Shown here one piece after another: positions 1 through 11,707 of a stretch of DNA of 64,000 bases. This DNA is from Octopus sinensis. Its lineage: Eukaryota. The position numbers and the translations under genes were made by a program. The DNA lies in assembly GCF_006345805.1 (NCBI RefSeq), contig NC_043008.1:29264001-29328000 (forward strand), read 5' to 3'. The notes beneath the pieces were generated by a model. It saw only the letters and a program-made list of their open reading frames with translations, had not been told where the DNA came from and ran no database searches. Every line of letters begins with the position of its first letter. The first letter of the stretch is position 1.

Positions 1-217
1 CTTTAGTTTGATAAAATGTAATTTCTACGTGTATGTAAATGTATATATATTTAGATACATACGTACACTTTTGTACAAAGGCTACCGTTAAAGTAGCATG
101 TTATACATTGGCTCTTGATAGTATTACATCCTATATTTCTATAGCTTATAAGCGTAAGTATATATATTCAAGCATGTTAACATAGCGGAAACTTTTAAAG
201 AATTTATGTATATATTG

Positions 218-273
<56 letters not shown>

Positions 274-760
274 ATATATATATATATATGTATATGTATA
301 TGTGAATACATATATATATATGTATATGTAAATGTATATATATATATATTGATATACATATATATATATATGTATGTATATACATATATATGTATACATA
401 TGTATACGTGTATCTACGCGTATGTATGCGTGTGTGTGTGTGCGTGCGTGCGCGCGTTGTATTTCTGTAAGGGTTTACTACAATCTACATGAGGTAAATT
501 CAGTATACGAATACATACGTAGTTTGACTATTTGTAAACACGGGAAAGGTTCAAAAGGGAACAGAGGACCGGGAAATCCGTGTGTGGAACATATCAAACT
601 GATAATGTGTCAATAAGAAATCTTCTCCACTTGCGTCACTTCTAGAACTTACCGTTCTCTGTACGAATATGCATAGTCACACGCATGTATAGAGGCGCGC
701 GCATATATTAGTATATCTATGCACGTATGCATATCAGTGGCTATCTATCTATCTATCTAA

Positions 761-792
<32 letters not shown>

Positions 793-1133
793 TTCTTCTG
801 TTGTTTCATCTGAGAGCTGTAGCCATGCTGATGCACCACCGTTTTGCTACAATTTTATTACTAAGAGCCTCTTCTAATATATATATATTTCTTAAATATA
901 GCCACGAAACACGTGTATTTATTTTAGCCAATATATACGTTTTGTTTATTATCTGGCACATTACTTAATCATTGATATATGTGTCTTATCTTATATTTAA
1001 TTTTTCTATAGGATGTAATTTATTTCTATGTGGTATAATCGAATTTTTTCATTGTTCAATTAATAAAATTTTTTCTAATTTATATACATATATACATATA
1101 AGACAAAAGGGTACGTGCGTCGCTATATATTTA

Positions 1134-1173
<40 letters not shown>

Positions 1174-1176
<3 letters not shown>

Positions 1177-1420
1177 AAAAAAATACAAACTGGGGCAACA
1201 ACGCAAAACATTTAGAAGACGATACAAAAAACACGGGAGGGACATTCGAAGCTTTCAATCTTCAGTCAAGAACCGGATCATTCTCGCATTTCGGCTGATA
1301 ATCTTGTGCGAGGATGATCCGGTTCTTGACTGAAGATTGAAGGCTTAGAATGTCCCGTCCGTGTTTTTTGTATCGTCTTCTAAATGCTTTGCGTTCTTGT
1401 CCAAGTTTGTATTTTTTTAC
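1174..1420. repeat. Fold-back palindrome (~115-bp arms, loop 1289-1306) derived from the Penelope-like direct-repeat family also at 30716, 31491 and 53269
   Basis: Left arm GACGATACAAAAAACACGGGAGGGACATTCGAAGCTTTCAATCTTCAGTCAAGAACCGGATCATTCTCGCA is matched in reverse complement by 1307-1420. The arm and the loop TTTCGGCTGATAATCT resemble GGGACATTCGAAG...CAGTCAAGAACCAGATCAT...TTTCGGCTGATTAATCT of the 30.8/31.6 kb repeats. Confidence 0.85.
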
Positions 1421-1431
1421 GTATGTGTATA

Positions 1432-1479
<48 letters not shown>

Positions 1480-1521
1480 ATAAATGAAAGAATGGAGACG
1501 TACGAAGACGTTAACAAAATT

Positions 1522-1611
1522 CCTTTACTCTCGACTTATGTTTCGAAGACAAATGTTTCATTCCAAGGAATAAAGGGTGCATTATGCAATCTTCTCATCA
1601 GGAAAGAAAGG
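1522..1611 (-). ncRNA. Minimal type I hammerhead ribozyme (Penelope-like), core intact
   Basis: Minus strand reads CCTTTCTTTC-CTGATGA-GAAGA..(40 nt)..TCTTC-GAAAC-ATAA-GTC-GAGAGTAAAGG. Stem I is 10 bp with one bulge, stem II is GAAGA/TCTTC, stem III is 2 bp, and the cleavage triplet is GUC (C at 1533). Confidence 0.8.
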
Positions 1612-1710
1612 GAGCCTCCGACAACAAACAAACAAAACAAAAAATTATCGCTTCGTTTACCATGTAGGCAGTCATCGAAATTTTTGTTTGTCTTTTGTCG
1701 AGAGAGGCAC

Positions 1711-1801
1711 CCTTTCTTTCCTGATAGAAGATTGCATAATGCCCCTTTATTCCTTTGGAATGAAAATATGTTGTCTTCGAAACATATGTCGAGAGTAAAG
1801 G
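1711..1801 (+). ncRNA. Second hammerhead copy with core deletion (CTGATA instead of CTGATGA), probably inactive
   Basis: CCTTTCTTTC-CTGATA-GAAGA...TCTTC-GAAAC-ATAT-GTC-GAGAGTAAAGG; G8 is missing and stem III contains the palindrome ACATATGT. Confidence 0.65.
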
Positions 1802-2000
1802 AATTTTGTTAACATTTCGTTCGACTCCATTCTTTCATTTATTCATATACAACACACAAATTCTGCACATGAATCCGGAGTTTCTACCTTGGCCAGGTCG
1901 CTTCAACCGTGTTTCTGACGTGAATTTGCTACCCCAGGTTTCGGTTAAACGAATTTTCCACGCTGACGATAGACATAAGATAATTCATTCACCTATTTAT

Positions 2001-2053
<53 letters not shown>

Positions 2054-2348
2054 CTGTTTCAGTCGTTAATATATATAACTGAAAAGATGAAGGAACACAG
2101 ATTTGTTTTCGTTTACACGACTAAATAATATTTTAGAATCGTCATAAAATTATTGTACCGGCATTATACAAAATACGTTTTTTTCTTCTAACATTTGTTT
2201 TGGATATAATTTAGAGTTACCTAGGAAATATTATCTGTAACTCCAAATTGTATCCAACACCAAAACATTTGAAAAACGCTATGTAACCGGCATGTGGGGC
2301 TAGCTACTAACCCCAAGATTCCGAGTTCGATGTCATTCAGGGATTTGA

Positions 2349-2357
2349 ATAATAATA

Positions 2358-2427
<70 letters not shown>

Positions 2428-2476
2428 TAATAACAATAATAATAGTAATGGTAATAATAATAATAATAATAAATAA

Positions 2477-2519
<43 letters not shown>

Positions 2520-2689
2520 AATAATGATAATAATAATAATAATAAAACAATAATAATAATAATAATAATAATTATAATAACAATATTAATAATAATAATA
2601 ATGATAATAATAATAATAATAATAAGATATAATAATAATATAATAATAATAATATAATAATAATAAATAATAAAATACTTAATAATAAA
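2349..2689. repeat. (AAT)n microsatellite
   Basis: Imperfect AAT array; it explains the poly-Y/I/N ORFs in the track. Confidence 0.95.
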
Positions 2690-3170
2690 TGCCCTGATGC
2701 GTACCGGGCAGTGGCCCTCGTGGCTTCTGATCTTAATTGATTGGAAGTGTTATCAAGTACATTGATTTGTCTTGCTTAAGTAATGAGCTACAGCAAATAT
2801 TCTGCTCAATACCACAGATTTGCTTGTCAATTGTTTTACGCTGACGATATGTGCATCTCTGAGCACAAGCAGAAGTAGTGGGGGAGCATCGTAGCCATAT
2901 GTTGAGAGGGATTCTTTGGGGTTTGAATAATTCACATGTGGAAACATGGGTGTTTCGTTCAATATCCTTAAACAAGCCTTACATGACTAGGAGAAAATTC
3001 TATCAAGGCCCCACCTACAATGTCATGTGCTGTTTATCTTGATGAGATCACAATGTTTCGCATATATGGCTGTGATGCATGTGCCTAGTGAACCCTTATC
3101 AGACAGATAGTCATGGAGGGTATACTGGGATTCGTATATTTTACTCCAATGTCACATTGATGGCATGCAC

Positions 3171-3171
<1 letters not shown>
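2690..3171 (-). mobile_element. Non-coding interspersed repeat embedded in (AAT)n, copy 1 (internally deleted)
   Basis: Colinear with 50873-51444 (GCCCTGATGC...CTTCTGATCTTAA...CAGCAAATATTCTGCTCAATACCACAGATTTGCTTGTCA...TGATGGCATGC); AAT arrays on both sides. Confidence 0.8.
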
Positions 3172-3227
<56 letters not shown>

Positions 3228-3279
3228 TAACAATAACAATAACAATAATAATAATAATGATAATAATAATATAATAATA

Positions 3280-3316
<37 letters not shown>

Positions 3317-3317
<1 letters not shown>

Positions 3318-3488
3318 TCCAAAAATACCTTAGCAACGAGAACCCAGTTTAGAAATTTCCCCAAGACACCTGATCAACGGCTGGAGAGTATATCAGCCGA
3401 AACGTTTTGTTAACAACCAACATGATTAGGACAAATATCAGTCTAATATAAATAATGTTCGTAATTCCACCTCTCTTAAATATAGAAA
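3317..3488 (+). mobile_element. Penelope-like terminal repeat with degenerate hammerhead core
   Basis: ACAC-CTGATCA-AC-GGCTGG..TCAGCC-GAAACGTT (3366-3406); homologous to 59520-59690. Confidence 0.6.
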
Positions 3489-3608
3489 CGGTTATATCAT
3501 GTTGGAAGAAAACAATATTGTATAATATTGTATAATACTTTGTGGTGTGATGATTCTAATATATTCATTAATCATGTAAAACAAATGTTCTGTATGTTTC
3601 CGTATATA

Positions 3609-3665
<57 letters not shown>

Positions 3666-3791
3666 GGGAAGAGGGAGAGAGAGATTGATTGACAGTAGAT
3701 ATAGATACATATATATACATTTATTGTTAAATATATGTATATACCCATAAAAACCATGCATCTATAGGATATTATATATATAATATATATA

Positions 3792-3831
<40 letters not shown>

Positions 3832-4516
3832 ACATACATACAGATACATATATAGATAGATAGATAGATAGATTGATAGATAGATAGACAGTATGTGTGT
3901 CTGTGTTAAGCTTTATATATATGTTTGTATATATGTTCCCATCTCTTTGCAGTGGCATATACATATTTGCATAGATCCATACATACACGAATAGATATAT
4001 ACATGCGGACATATACACATCATGTGTTTGTGTGCTTGATAGAATGTGTGATTCTGTTTATGTGGATATTTGGAAGTGCTTCAGTATTTTTCTGTATGCT
4101 GGAGAATTTAAACAACTGAAATTAAATATTTGTTTTTAGCAATATGGAAAACACTAAAAATATTATATTATCATATTTGAAATGATTTATAATTATATTT
4201 GGTGATAAATAGCACAAATACTGACATATTTGGACGAAAATAAAATCATCAACTACAAACAGTGAAAACAAAAAATGTGATTATAATAAATTTTCGAATT
4301 GAGGCTATTTTGAGGTGAAGTTGTGACGGATAGCATCAAATTCTTGATGATTATTTTACTTTATCTGGTATAATGAACGGGAACTCTAACAACAGTGGGA
4401 TTTAATCTCCAACATTTTAGAAAATATTTCACAATTAGTTACCCATTTGTGAAATAAAACAGAACACTTTTGTGCATGTGTGTGCATACATTAAAGAATA
4501 CAGAACATATGCGTGT

Positions 4517-4564
<48 letters not shown>

Positions 4565-5307
4565 GTATGTATGTATGCATGTATTTATGCATGTATATAT
4601 GTATGTATTGGAAGAGCTTTATATTATTCTACTATATACATGTGTGTGCTTGTGTGTGAGTGTGTGCGCATGCGTTTTTGCGTGTTTGTATACACACACA
4701 CACAATAATTAGCAAATGTAAAAACTAAGTATTTACAGAAAAGTAACATGAAAGACAATCGTCCAACGACTGAAACAAATATACTCACATAAATGGATAC
4801 GAACTCATATATATGTAGTAGGGTGTGTAGTTGAGTGTTTACATGCATATATGAATATATACATGCCATGTATGTATACAAGTGTAGGTATAGATATAGG
4901 TACACACACAAAATTCTCCATCACATAGAATCAAACTTGTATTCGAACCTCCAAATATTCTGTGAAGAGGCTTACCTTTTTACCACCTGTGTTTTCGAAC
5001 TTTTGTCCAGTGAATAATGATATTCACTCAAATATGTATAATCAATGATTTATGAACAAAGATAGCCCAATACACATACACAGATACATATATATATTCA
5101 AAACTAGGCTCGTTCTCATTAACTCATTTTACTACGCGAAAACGCGTAGTAAAATACAGGGCATGGGATATTAGCATTTCAAAATATAAACAACTCCTAT
5201 ATCTATCTATATCTATATATCTATCTATCTATTTATCTATTGTCTCCTCTCTTACCTCTCTATGTATATAAATATTTATATATATATATAATATATATAT
5301 ATATACT

Positions 5308-5339
<32 letters not shown>

Positions 5340-6594
5340 CACATACATACATATAAGATCTCTATACACACGCAGTTCTACATTCATTATGCATATTATG
5401 TATGTATGCATACATATAAGACCATGTGTTATAATCTAAGCAAATTAAAATATATCATCATTTATATACCGCAGTATATTTCTAGAGGCAGATACATGTG
5501 TTTGAATGTGTGTGTGTGTGTCTTGCTCTCTCTACCATCTCTCTCTCCTTTCTCTCTCTCTCTTTACCTCACTTTCTGCCGCTCACGCTATCTCTCTGTC
5601 TATCCCTGTATGCCTGTAAATAATATTACATATATATACAGAGAGAGAGAGAGAGAGAGAGAGAGTTGGAGGAGTGGAGAGGAGGAGAGAGAGGGGGAGA
5701 CCTTTGAATGTAACTCGTTTGATAATGGATGACGTGATATCAACAGTAACACCAATCAGATGTATGTAAAAGCGAAGTATGGCCGTCGCTGACGATGGGA
5801 AATCATTTGTTCCATGACCAGATTTACCTACTCATTGAAATAATCCAATAACGAGAACGCATTCCACAGATTCTTTGTCAGAATCAACATGACATATTGT
5901 TTTCCCCAAGGCTGTACCTATAAATTCATGTAACAATCCTTCCGACAAGACTCAAGTTTCTCTGACATGATATTGGTTCACCCAAAACTAAAGAAAATTA
6001 CTCGAAATATCATTGAGGGCTCACGAAATTACCGAAACCCTGATGTACTGGTTGTAAATAGATCGTCTGTAAAAATTGACCTCCTATTGTACATGCATAT
6101 GAAATTTTTTTGTATCTAAACATGTTTCAGTGTATTTAACTCTGGTTCCCACCGAATACATAATATTATCACCGAGTTAGAATGGAGTTTGTACATTTTC
6201 GTTGAAACTGCCATTGTATATCATGTAAGTCTCTCTTCTTTCACATGCTAAAACTTAACAAAGAAATCTAATATTTCAAACAATATATCTAATATTTCAA
6301 AAAGACAAAATGGTCACTGCACACGCGCCTTTAATCATAAATCTGCTAGTATAAAGTTGTCACGGCGCGCTAAACTCTAATATTCACGATGAAAAACATT
6401 GGTTACAACACAGCGGCAGAGAAGCAGACCATCTGTGAGGTGTATAGTCGATAACATAGCACCTACACCTAACCAATATATTATTTAATTGAAGTATGCA
6501 ATTCGAAGCCGACCATAACTGGATTTGAACTCAGAGGCCGTAACTAATTTTCGAATCTCATTTTGTGCTCATAGGAAATAATTATTTCAAATGC

Positions 6595-6745
6595 TGGCAC
6601 ACGACCAGTAGTTTCGAGGGAAGATATAATTCGATATCATCGACACCCTGTACCTGACTAATATTTATTTTATCGCACCCGAAAAGAAGAACGTCAAACT
6701 GACCTCGGCGGAATTTGAACTCATAGCGTTAAGACGAACTCATAA
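6595..6745 (-). mobile_element. tRNA-derived SINE fragment (family B)
   Basis: GACCTCGGCGGAATTTGAACTCA motif shared with 19261-19450 and, inverted, with 45480-45615. Confidence 0.6.
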
Positions 6746-7500
6746 CAAATAATGTCATAGGATTCCCAGGATTTGGCTTCCATAACGTGAAGGGTTTTAT
6801 TTGTGAGTAATACGTCATCATGGTATGTGGATTAGTAACTTAATAAGTTAAGTATGGAACAAAATTAAAGACACATACAAAAATTTTATGATTTTGAAAT
6901 ATTTCATTCCAATGTTTGGTGTAGTGTCTGCATTTCTGAGTGTAACACAAGACGATTAATTCGTCTGAAGGCAAACCTAGAACTCCGGAAGGGAGGAAAG
7001 ACCGCCGCAGGATTTTCATTCAAAATATAAAGTCATAAATTCTATAATTTCACTGCTCCACGATATTGAAATAATAATATGAAAATCAACATAAGTTTAT
7101 ATCAAGATAGAATATAGTTATTCGTAAAACGTGGATATTCCATGTGTTCTGCTAGTTGAATATTAATATCATAGCATAAAAGTGATGCCTGATATGTAAT
7201 ATGTATTATGTTGACTTTATATTAAATCTAGATTAAATCGGGAGATGGGAGTGAAATAAGTTGAGTGTATTAATGGAGGATATGAACTAAATTCATTTCA
7301 ACGTCCATTTTGAACCAACAAATTATGTCACATGTTATACAGAAATCATTCTTTATTTATGTAATCGAATACATCTCCGGCAAATAAACAACAAAATATT
7401 TCTAACTTAAAATACAAATTGAAGCGTCAAACATGCGTATTTCGTATTTCATTATTAATTACTCAGCATATTGCAGGCATTCCCTTATTTCCGTTTATAC

Positions 7501-7581
7501 GAATATTTTTGAGTACTTATAGGCATTTTCAATTAGAACACGGTTATCACTCTGCCACAATAACTGATATGGATGTGCCAG
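7501..7581 (-). CDS. Candidate exon 7 of uncharacterised minus-strand gene (LAHPYQLLWQSDNRVLIENAYKYSKIF); may be terminal (V-stop follows)
   Basis: Acceptor TTTCTATTGTTGCAG, 81 nt, phase 0-0, donor GTATAA; phase fits the 15652-15876 exon. Confidence 0.35.
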
Positions 7582-7730
7582 CTGCAACAATAGAAACGTT
7601 TCTATTCGAGACATCATAAACTAGATATACATTAACATATGTCTCTGTGCAATTATTATGATTACTTTTACTGTTATAGCTAGACATAATGCAAACACAC
7701 TCGCACATACACAAACGTGTATATATTTCA

Positions 7731-7810
7731 CACTTTCGGCAAGTGTTTTCTGCTATAGCTCAGAAACGGCCAAAGTCTTGTGGTTTTGGTAGACGGAAAC
7801 TGAAAGAAGT
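7731..7810 (+). mobile_element. SINE family A middle fragment
   Basis: GGCAAGTG...CCAAAG..TTGGTAGACGGAAACTGAAAGAAG as in 23327-23730. Confidence 0.65.
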
Positions 7811-8045
7811 CAAATATGTATTTGTGTGTGTGTATGTTATATAATATACACAACCAACACACATATATATATATGTTTATATATATAATATTATATATAC
7901 TATATATATATATATATATATATATATCTATATATATACTATATATAATATATATATTATACATATATATAATATATACACCACACACACAAACACAACT
8001 AGCAGAGATGAGATAACCGGCGTTGGCCGGGATTAAAATGCATGT

Positions 8046-8338
8046 TCTTTTTATTCTTTTACTTGCTTCAGTCATGTAACTGCGGTCATGCTGCAACACC
8101 GCCTGTAGTCGAATAGATCGATCTGAAGATTTATTCTTTGTAAGCCTAGTAGCTATTATATCGGAATCTTTGGCCGTACCGCTAGATTACGGTGGACGTA
8201 AATCACTAACATTTGTTTGCAAGGGATGGTGCGGGTGCAAACACAGATGCTCACGCAAACAAATAGACACAATTATAGGACGGTCTTCTTTCAGATTCCA
8301 TGTACGAAATGCACTCACAAGGCATTGGTCGGCTTTAG
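8046..8338 (-). mobile_element. SINE family A, degraded
   Basis: Reverse complement of the 23327-23730 body (GTAAGCCTAGTA, CAGTCAT..ACTGCGG.CATGCTG). Confidence 0.7.
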
Positions 8339-8368
8339 GATATATATATATATATATTATATATATAT

Positions 8369-8404
<36 letters not shown>

Positions 8405-8780
8405 ACAGAAAATTACATCACGTTTGGTAAAGGAAAGGTCATCATGTACTTAAGTTGTTACCACTGTAATTATTGACAGACAGACAAGTAGACACAGAAT
8501 TGTATATGTATATATTAAGCACATGCATTAAAAGTTAATTTAAGGGTTAATAAGAAACTGTAAATACAATGCAACGTTGCAACTGCTACGATAATTATTG
8601 ATTGGTAATAGACAGATAAATATGTAAAATGAGATGAAAATTTCTTTTGACCCATGACACTCCATGGCCCCTAAGTAATGCATGTGTAATATTTGAATGA
8701 AATCGATTGGGTAGGGCTCGAGTGTTTGGTCTTCATAGATATTGACGTACATGTATTCTCAATTATATATATACATATCG

Positions 8781-8993
8781 TGAAGTATATTAGCCACTTA
8801 AATGTGGCTAACCCTTAAGAATGGATGGTACTGTAGCTTGTAGCCCCAGGTGTAACCTCCTCCAGCTGGCTATTGACACGCTTTCTATGCCCTGTGTCAA
8901 TAGCCAGCTGCATGAGTTGTCCTCCTGGGACTACAAGCTACAGTAGCATCTACCCTTAAGGGTTAGCCACATTTAAGTGGCAAATATACTTCA
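8781..8993. mobile_element. MITE-like fold-back element, ~213 bp
   Basis: TGAAGTATATTAGCCACTTAAATGTGGCTAACCCTTAAG / CTTAAGGGTTAGCCACATTTAAGTGGCAAATATACTTCA; inverted symmetry continues almost to the centre. One arm recurs at 47897-47964. Confidence 0.8.
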
Positions 8994-9033
8994 AAATGTC
9001 GTGCAGCTACTGTTTATACCTCGCTCATAAATG

Positions 9034-9065
<32 letters not shown>

Positions 9066-9067
9066 AT

Positions 9068-9111
<44 letters not shown>

Positions 9112-9180
9112 TTATATATATATATTTAATCTACAGTTAGTCAAAAATTGCTCCTACATATATGGGCTGTATTTACTGAA

Positions 9181-10055
9181 TAAAAAATTACCGCATAAAA
9201 ATTAAAACAAATCTCTAGTTTCGCATTAATTGTTGCACCTACAATTTGAAATACTTCTTTATAATAAACTGTAGCTAAATTTGCACTTGAATATAGAAGC
9301 TTAGAAAGACTTTCTAACTAGAAAGGGTATGGCCTGGTCAGCCTGTAATGACATGCATAAGATCTGGTCATCAAATCTAAGTAGAGACTTCAAACTTGAA
9401 TATTCAAAGCCACAGTCGAACCAATCTACTATATGGCTCAGAAACCTGGACGTTATCAAGAAGCTTGAGAGGCGGTTGAATGGAACCTACACTCTCCTCC
9501 TTATGAGAGCTCAAAATCTCTCGTGGAAGCGCCATCCAACTAAATTGCAAATATATGGGAAACTACCACCTGTGTCATCTCTTGTGAACGGTAGGAGAGT
9601 CCAGTTTGCTGGACATTGTTGTAGAGCTGAAAACGAATAATTTCTACTCTTCTCCTCTGGAAGCCATCTACTCGCAATACCAGAGGGCGCACACTCTCCT
9701 ACCCTGATGTAATCTCCAGGGATACAGGCATCCAGCAACAGGACCTCCGTAATGCCATGATGGACCGTGAAGTCTGGCGTAGCATGGTAAATTCCATAGT
9801 CTCGACCACGTTCGAACAATGATGATGATGATAGAAGCTTAATAAAGTTTAACCATGCTGTAATGCAGTCAAAACTTGTTAAGCCAACGTATGGAATTAC
9901 ACGTTTGTTTTAATATGGTTAAACTATATTAGAATAAGTTCTATATTCAAGTGCAAATTTAGCTACAGTTTACCATAAATGAACTATTTAAAATTGTAGG
10001 TGAAACAATCAATGGGAAACTAGTTATTTGTTCTAATTTATAGGCAGGAATTTGT
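9181..10055. mobile_element. Fold-back/MITE-like element (~140-bp arms) interrupted by an RTE insertion
   Basis: 9181-9303 plus 9842-9856 is the reverse complement of 9915-10055 (TAAACTGTAGCTAAATTTGCACTTGAATATAGAA / TTCTATATTCAAGTGCAAATTTAGCTACAGTTTA). Confidence 0.7.
9304..9830 (+). mobile_element. 5'-truncated RTE-type LINE 3' end with (TGA)n tail and 11-bp TSD
   Basis: Frameshifted translation ..AWSACNDMHKIW..YGSETWT..RRVQFAGHC..DREVWR..; TSD ATAGAAGCTTA at 9293-9303 and 9831-9841. Confidence 0.9.
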
Positions 10056-10203
10056 TTTTCATGTTAAGGCTCAAAATTATAGTGTATGATATTTAATTTT
10101 TTTTATATCTGTTAATGATCGTCCTACAACATCATGACCGCAGAATTTTGCAAGTCTACGCTTTCAAACTCTATGTACTCCTGTTTTTCATAAATGTTAT
10201 ATA

Positions 10204-10235
<32 letters not shown>

Positions 10236-10242
10236 CATATAT

Positions 10243-10284
<42 letters not shown>

Positions 10285-10316
10285 GTATATATATATATCT
10301 ATATAAATATTATATA

Positions 10317-10387
<71 letters not shown>

Positions 10388-10388
<1 letters not shown>

Positions 10389-11281
10389 ACTTAGATAACT
10401 TAGATATGCTTCGACCAAAGATTGGTCCAGGCCATGCCTAACTTAATAGCACCACCTGATAGGATTATTCGAATCCTGTTTAAGTCAAGTTTTGTTCAAG
10501 TAGTGAGTTCTTGTTGGGTGAGTTGTATCCAATTATGGGTGGCTTATCTGGTATTCTTTGAAGGAATCTATCCAGACTCCGTTTAAAGTTGATGGGATCC
10601 ATTTCCTCTTTGATCTCCCTCGGGACAATGTTAAATAGGGCAGGGCCTGTTGAGGAAAAGAAATTACGTTGCAGTGTACATGTATGTTGTGATCTTGAAT
10701 TGGGCAGGGGACGTATGGCCCGTGGTCCCAGTCTTGGATGAACCTTGAAGTTAATGTTAAGGTCGTTTGGGCAAAGTTGGCGGTATATTCTCCACATCGT
10801 ACAAATGATGTACCGCTCACGGCGACGCTGGAGGGAGTAAAGTTTCAAGGTTTAAGGCGATCCCAATGATCGAGAGCAGCCATGCCTTCAATTCGTTTAG
10901 TGAGTGCCCTCTGGGTGGCTCAATCCACGAGATGTCTTGTCTTGTATGGGGAGACCACAGTGGGCAGCAGTATTCAAGGTGTGGCCGTACAAAGGAGGAG
11001 AAAAGTGGTATGATGACACCTTGTTCTCTGGACCAGAAAGTTCTTAAGATCCAGGAACTCATCTTACGAGCTATATCAACCTTCTTGTTGATGTGTGCAC
11101 TTCAACTGAGATCGTCATCAACAATTACACCCAGGTCTCTGATATTGTCGGAGGCTGTGAGCGGTTCCCCTGAAGGAAGAGAGTATGGTTGTTTTAGTGA
11201 CGAATTTCTTCCAAAATGCATCAGCTCAAATTTTCCCTCATTCAGTTGCATTTTGTTTCTGTCTGCCCATTGACTCACAGC

Positions 11282-11282
<1 letters not shown>
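10388..11282 (-). mobile_element. CR1/L2-type LINE 3' fragment (RT C-terminus, frameshifted)
   Basis: QWADRNKMQLNEGKFELMHFG, RDLGVIVDDDLS, VRPHLEYCCPLWSPH, LYSLQRRRER; short tandem tail AACTTAGAT x2 at 10388-10405. Confidence 0.9.
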
Positions 11283-11337
<55 letters not shown>

Positions 11338-11568
11338 TATAGAGAGAGATAGAGAGAGAGAGAGAGAGAAGAGAGGAGAGAGAGAGATAGATAGATAGAA
11401 ATATAGATATATATACATTTAGATACATGTGTGCGTGAGTGTATGAGCGTGCATGCGTGTCTGTGCATATATACATATATATGTGAATCTGTGTTTGCGC
11501 ATACAGGAATATATGTGTATTTATGCATATTTGTGTGTATAAAGATGTATGAACGAGTGTTTATGTAA

Positions 11569-11621
<53 letters not shown>

Positions 11622-11659
11622 CACGCATGCACACGCATACGCTCACGCACATAGGTGTG

Positions 11660-11707
<48 letters not shown>

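Larger units (their letters stand above)
1480..1842. repeat. Long inverted repeat (~165-bp arms, ~26-nt loop), each arm carrying a hammerhead motif
   Basis: 1480-1650 is an imperfect reverse complement of 1677-1842, e.g. GTTAACAAAATTCCTTTACTCTCGAC (1510) / GTCGAGAGTAAAGGAATTTTGTTAAC (1788). Confidence 0.9.

Noticed and set aside
5740-6230. Possible old LINE fragment or exon
   Set aside because: No conserved motif could be read in any frame.
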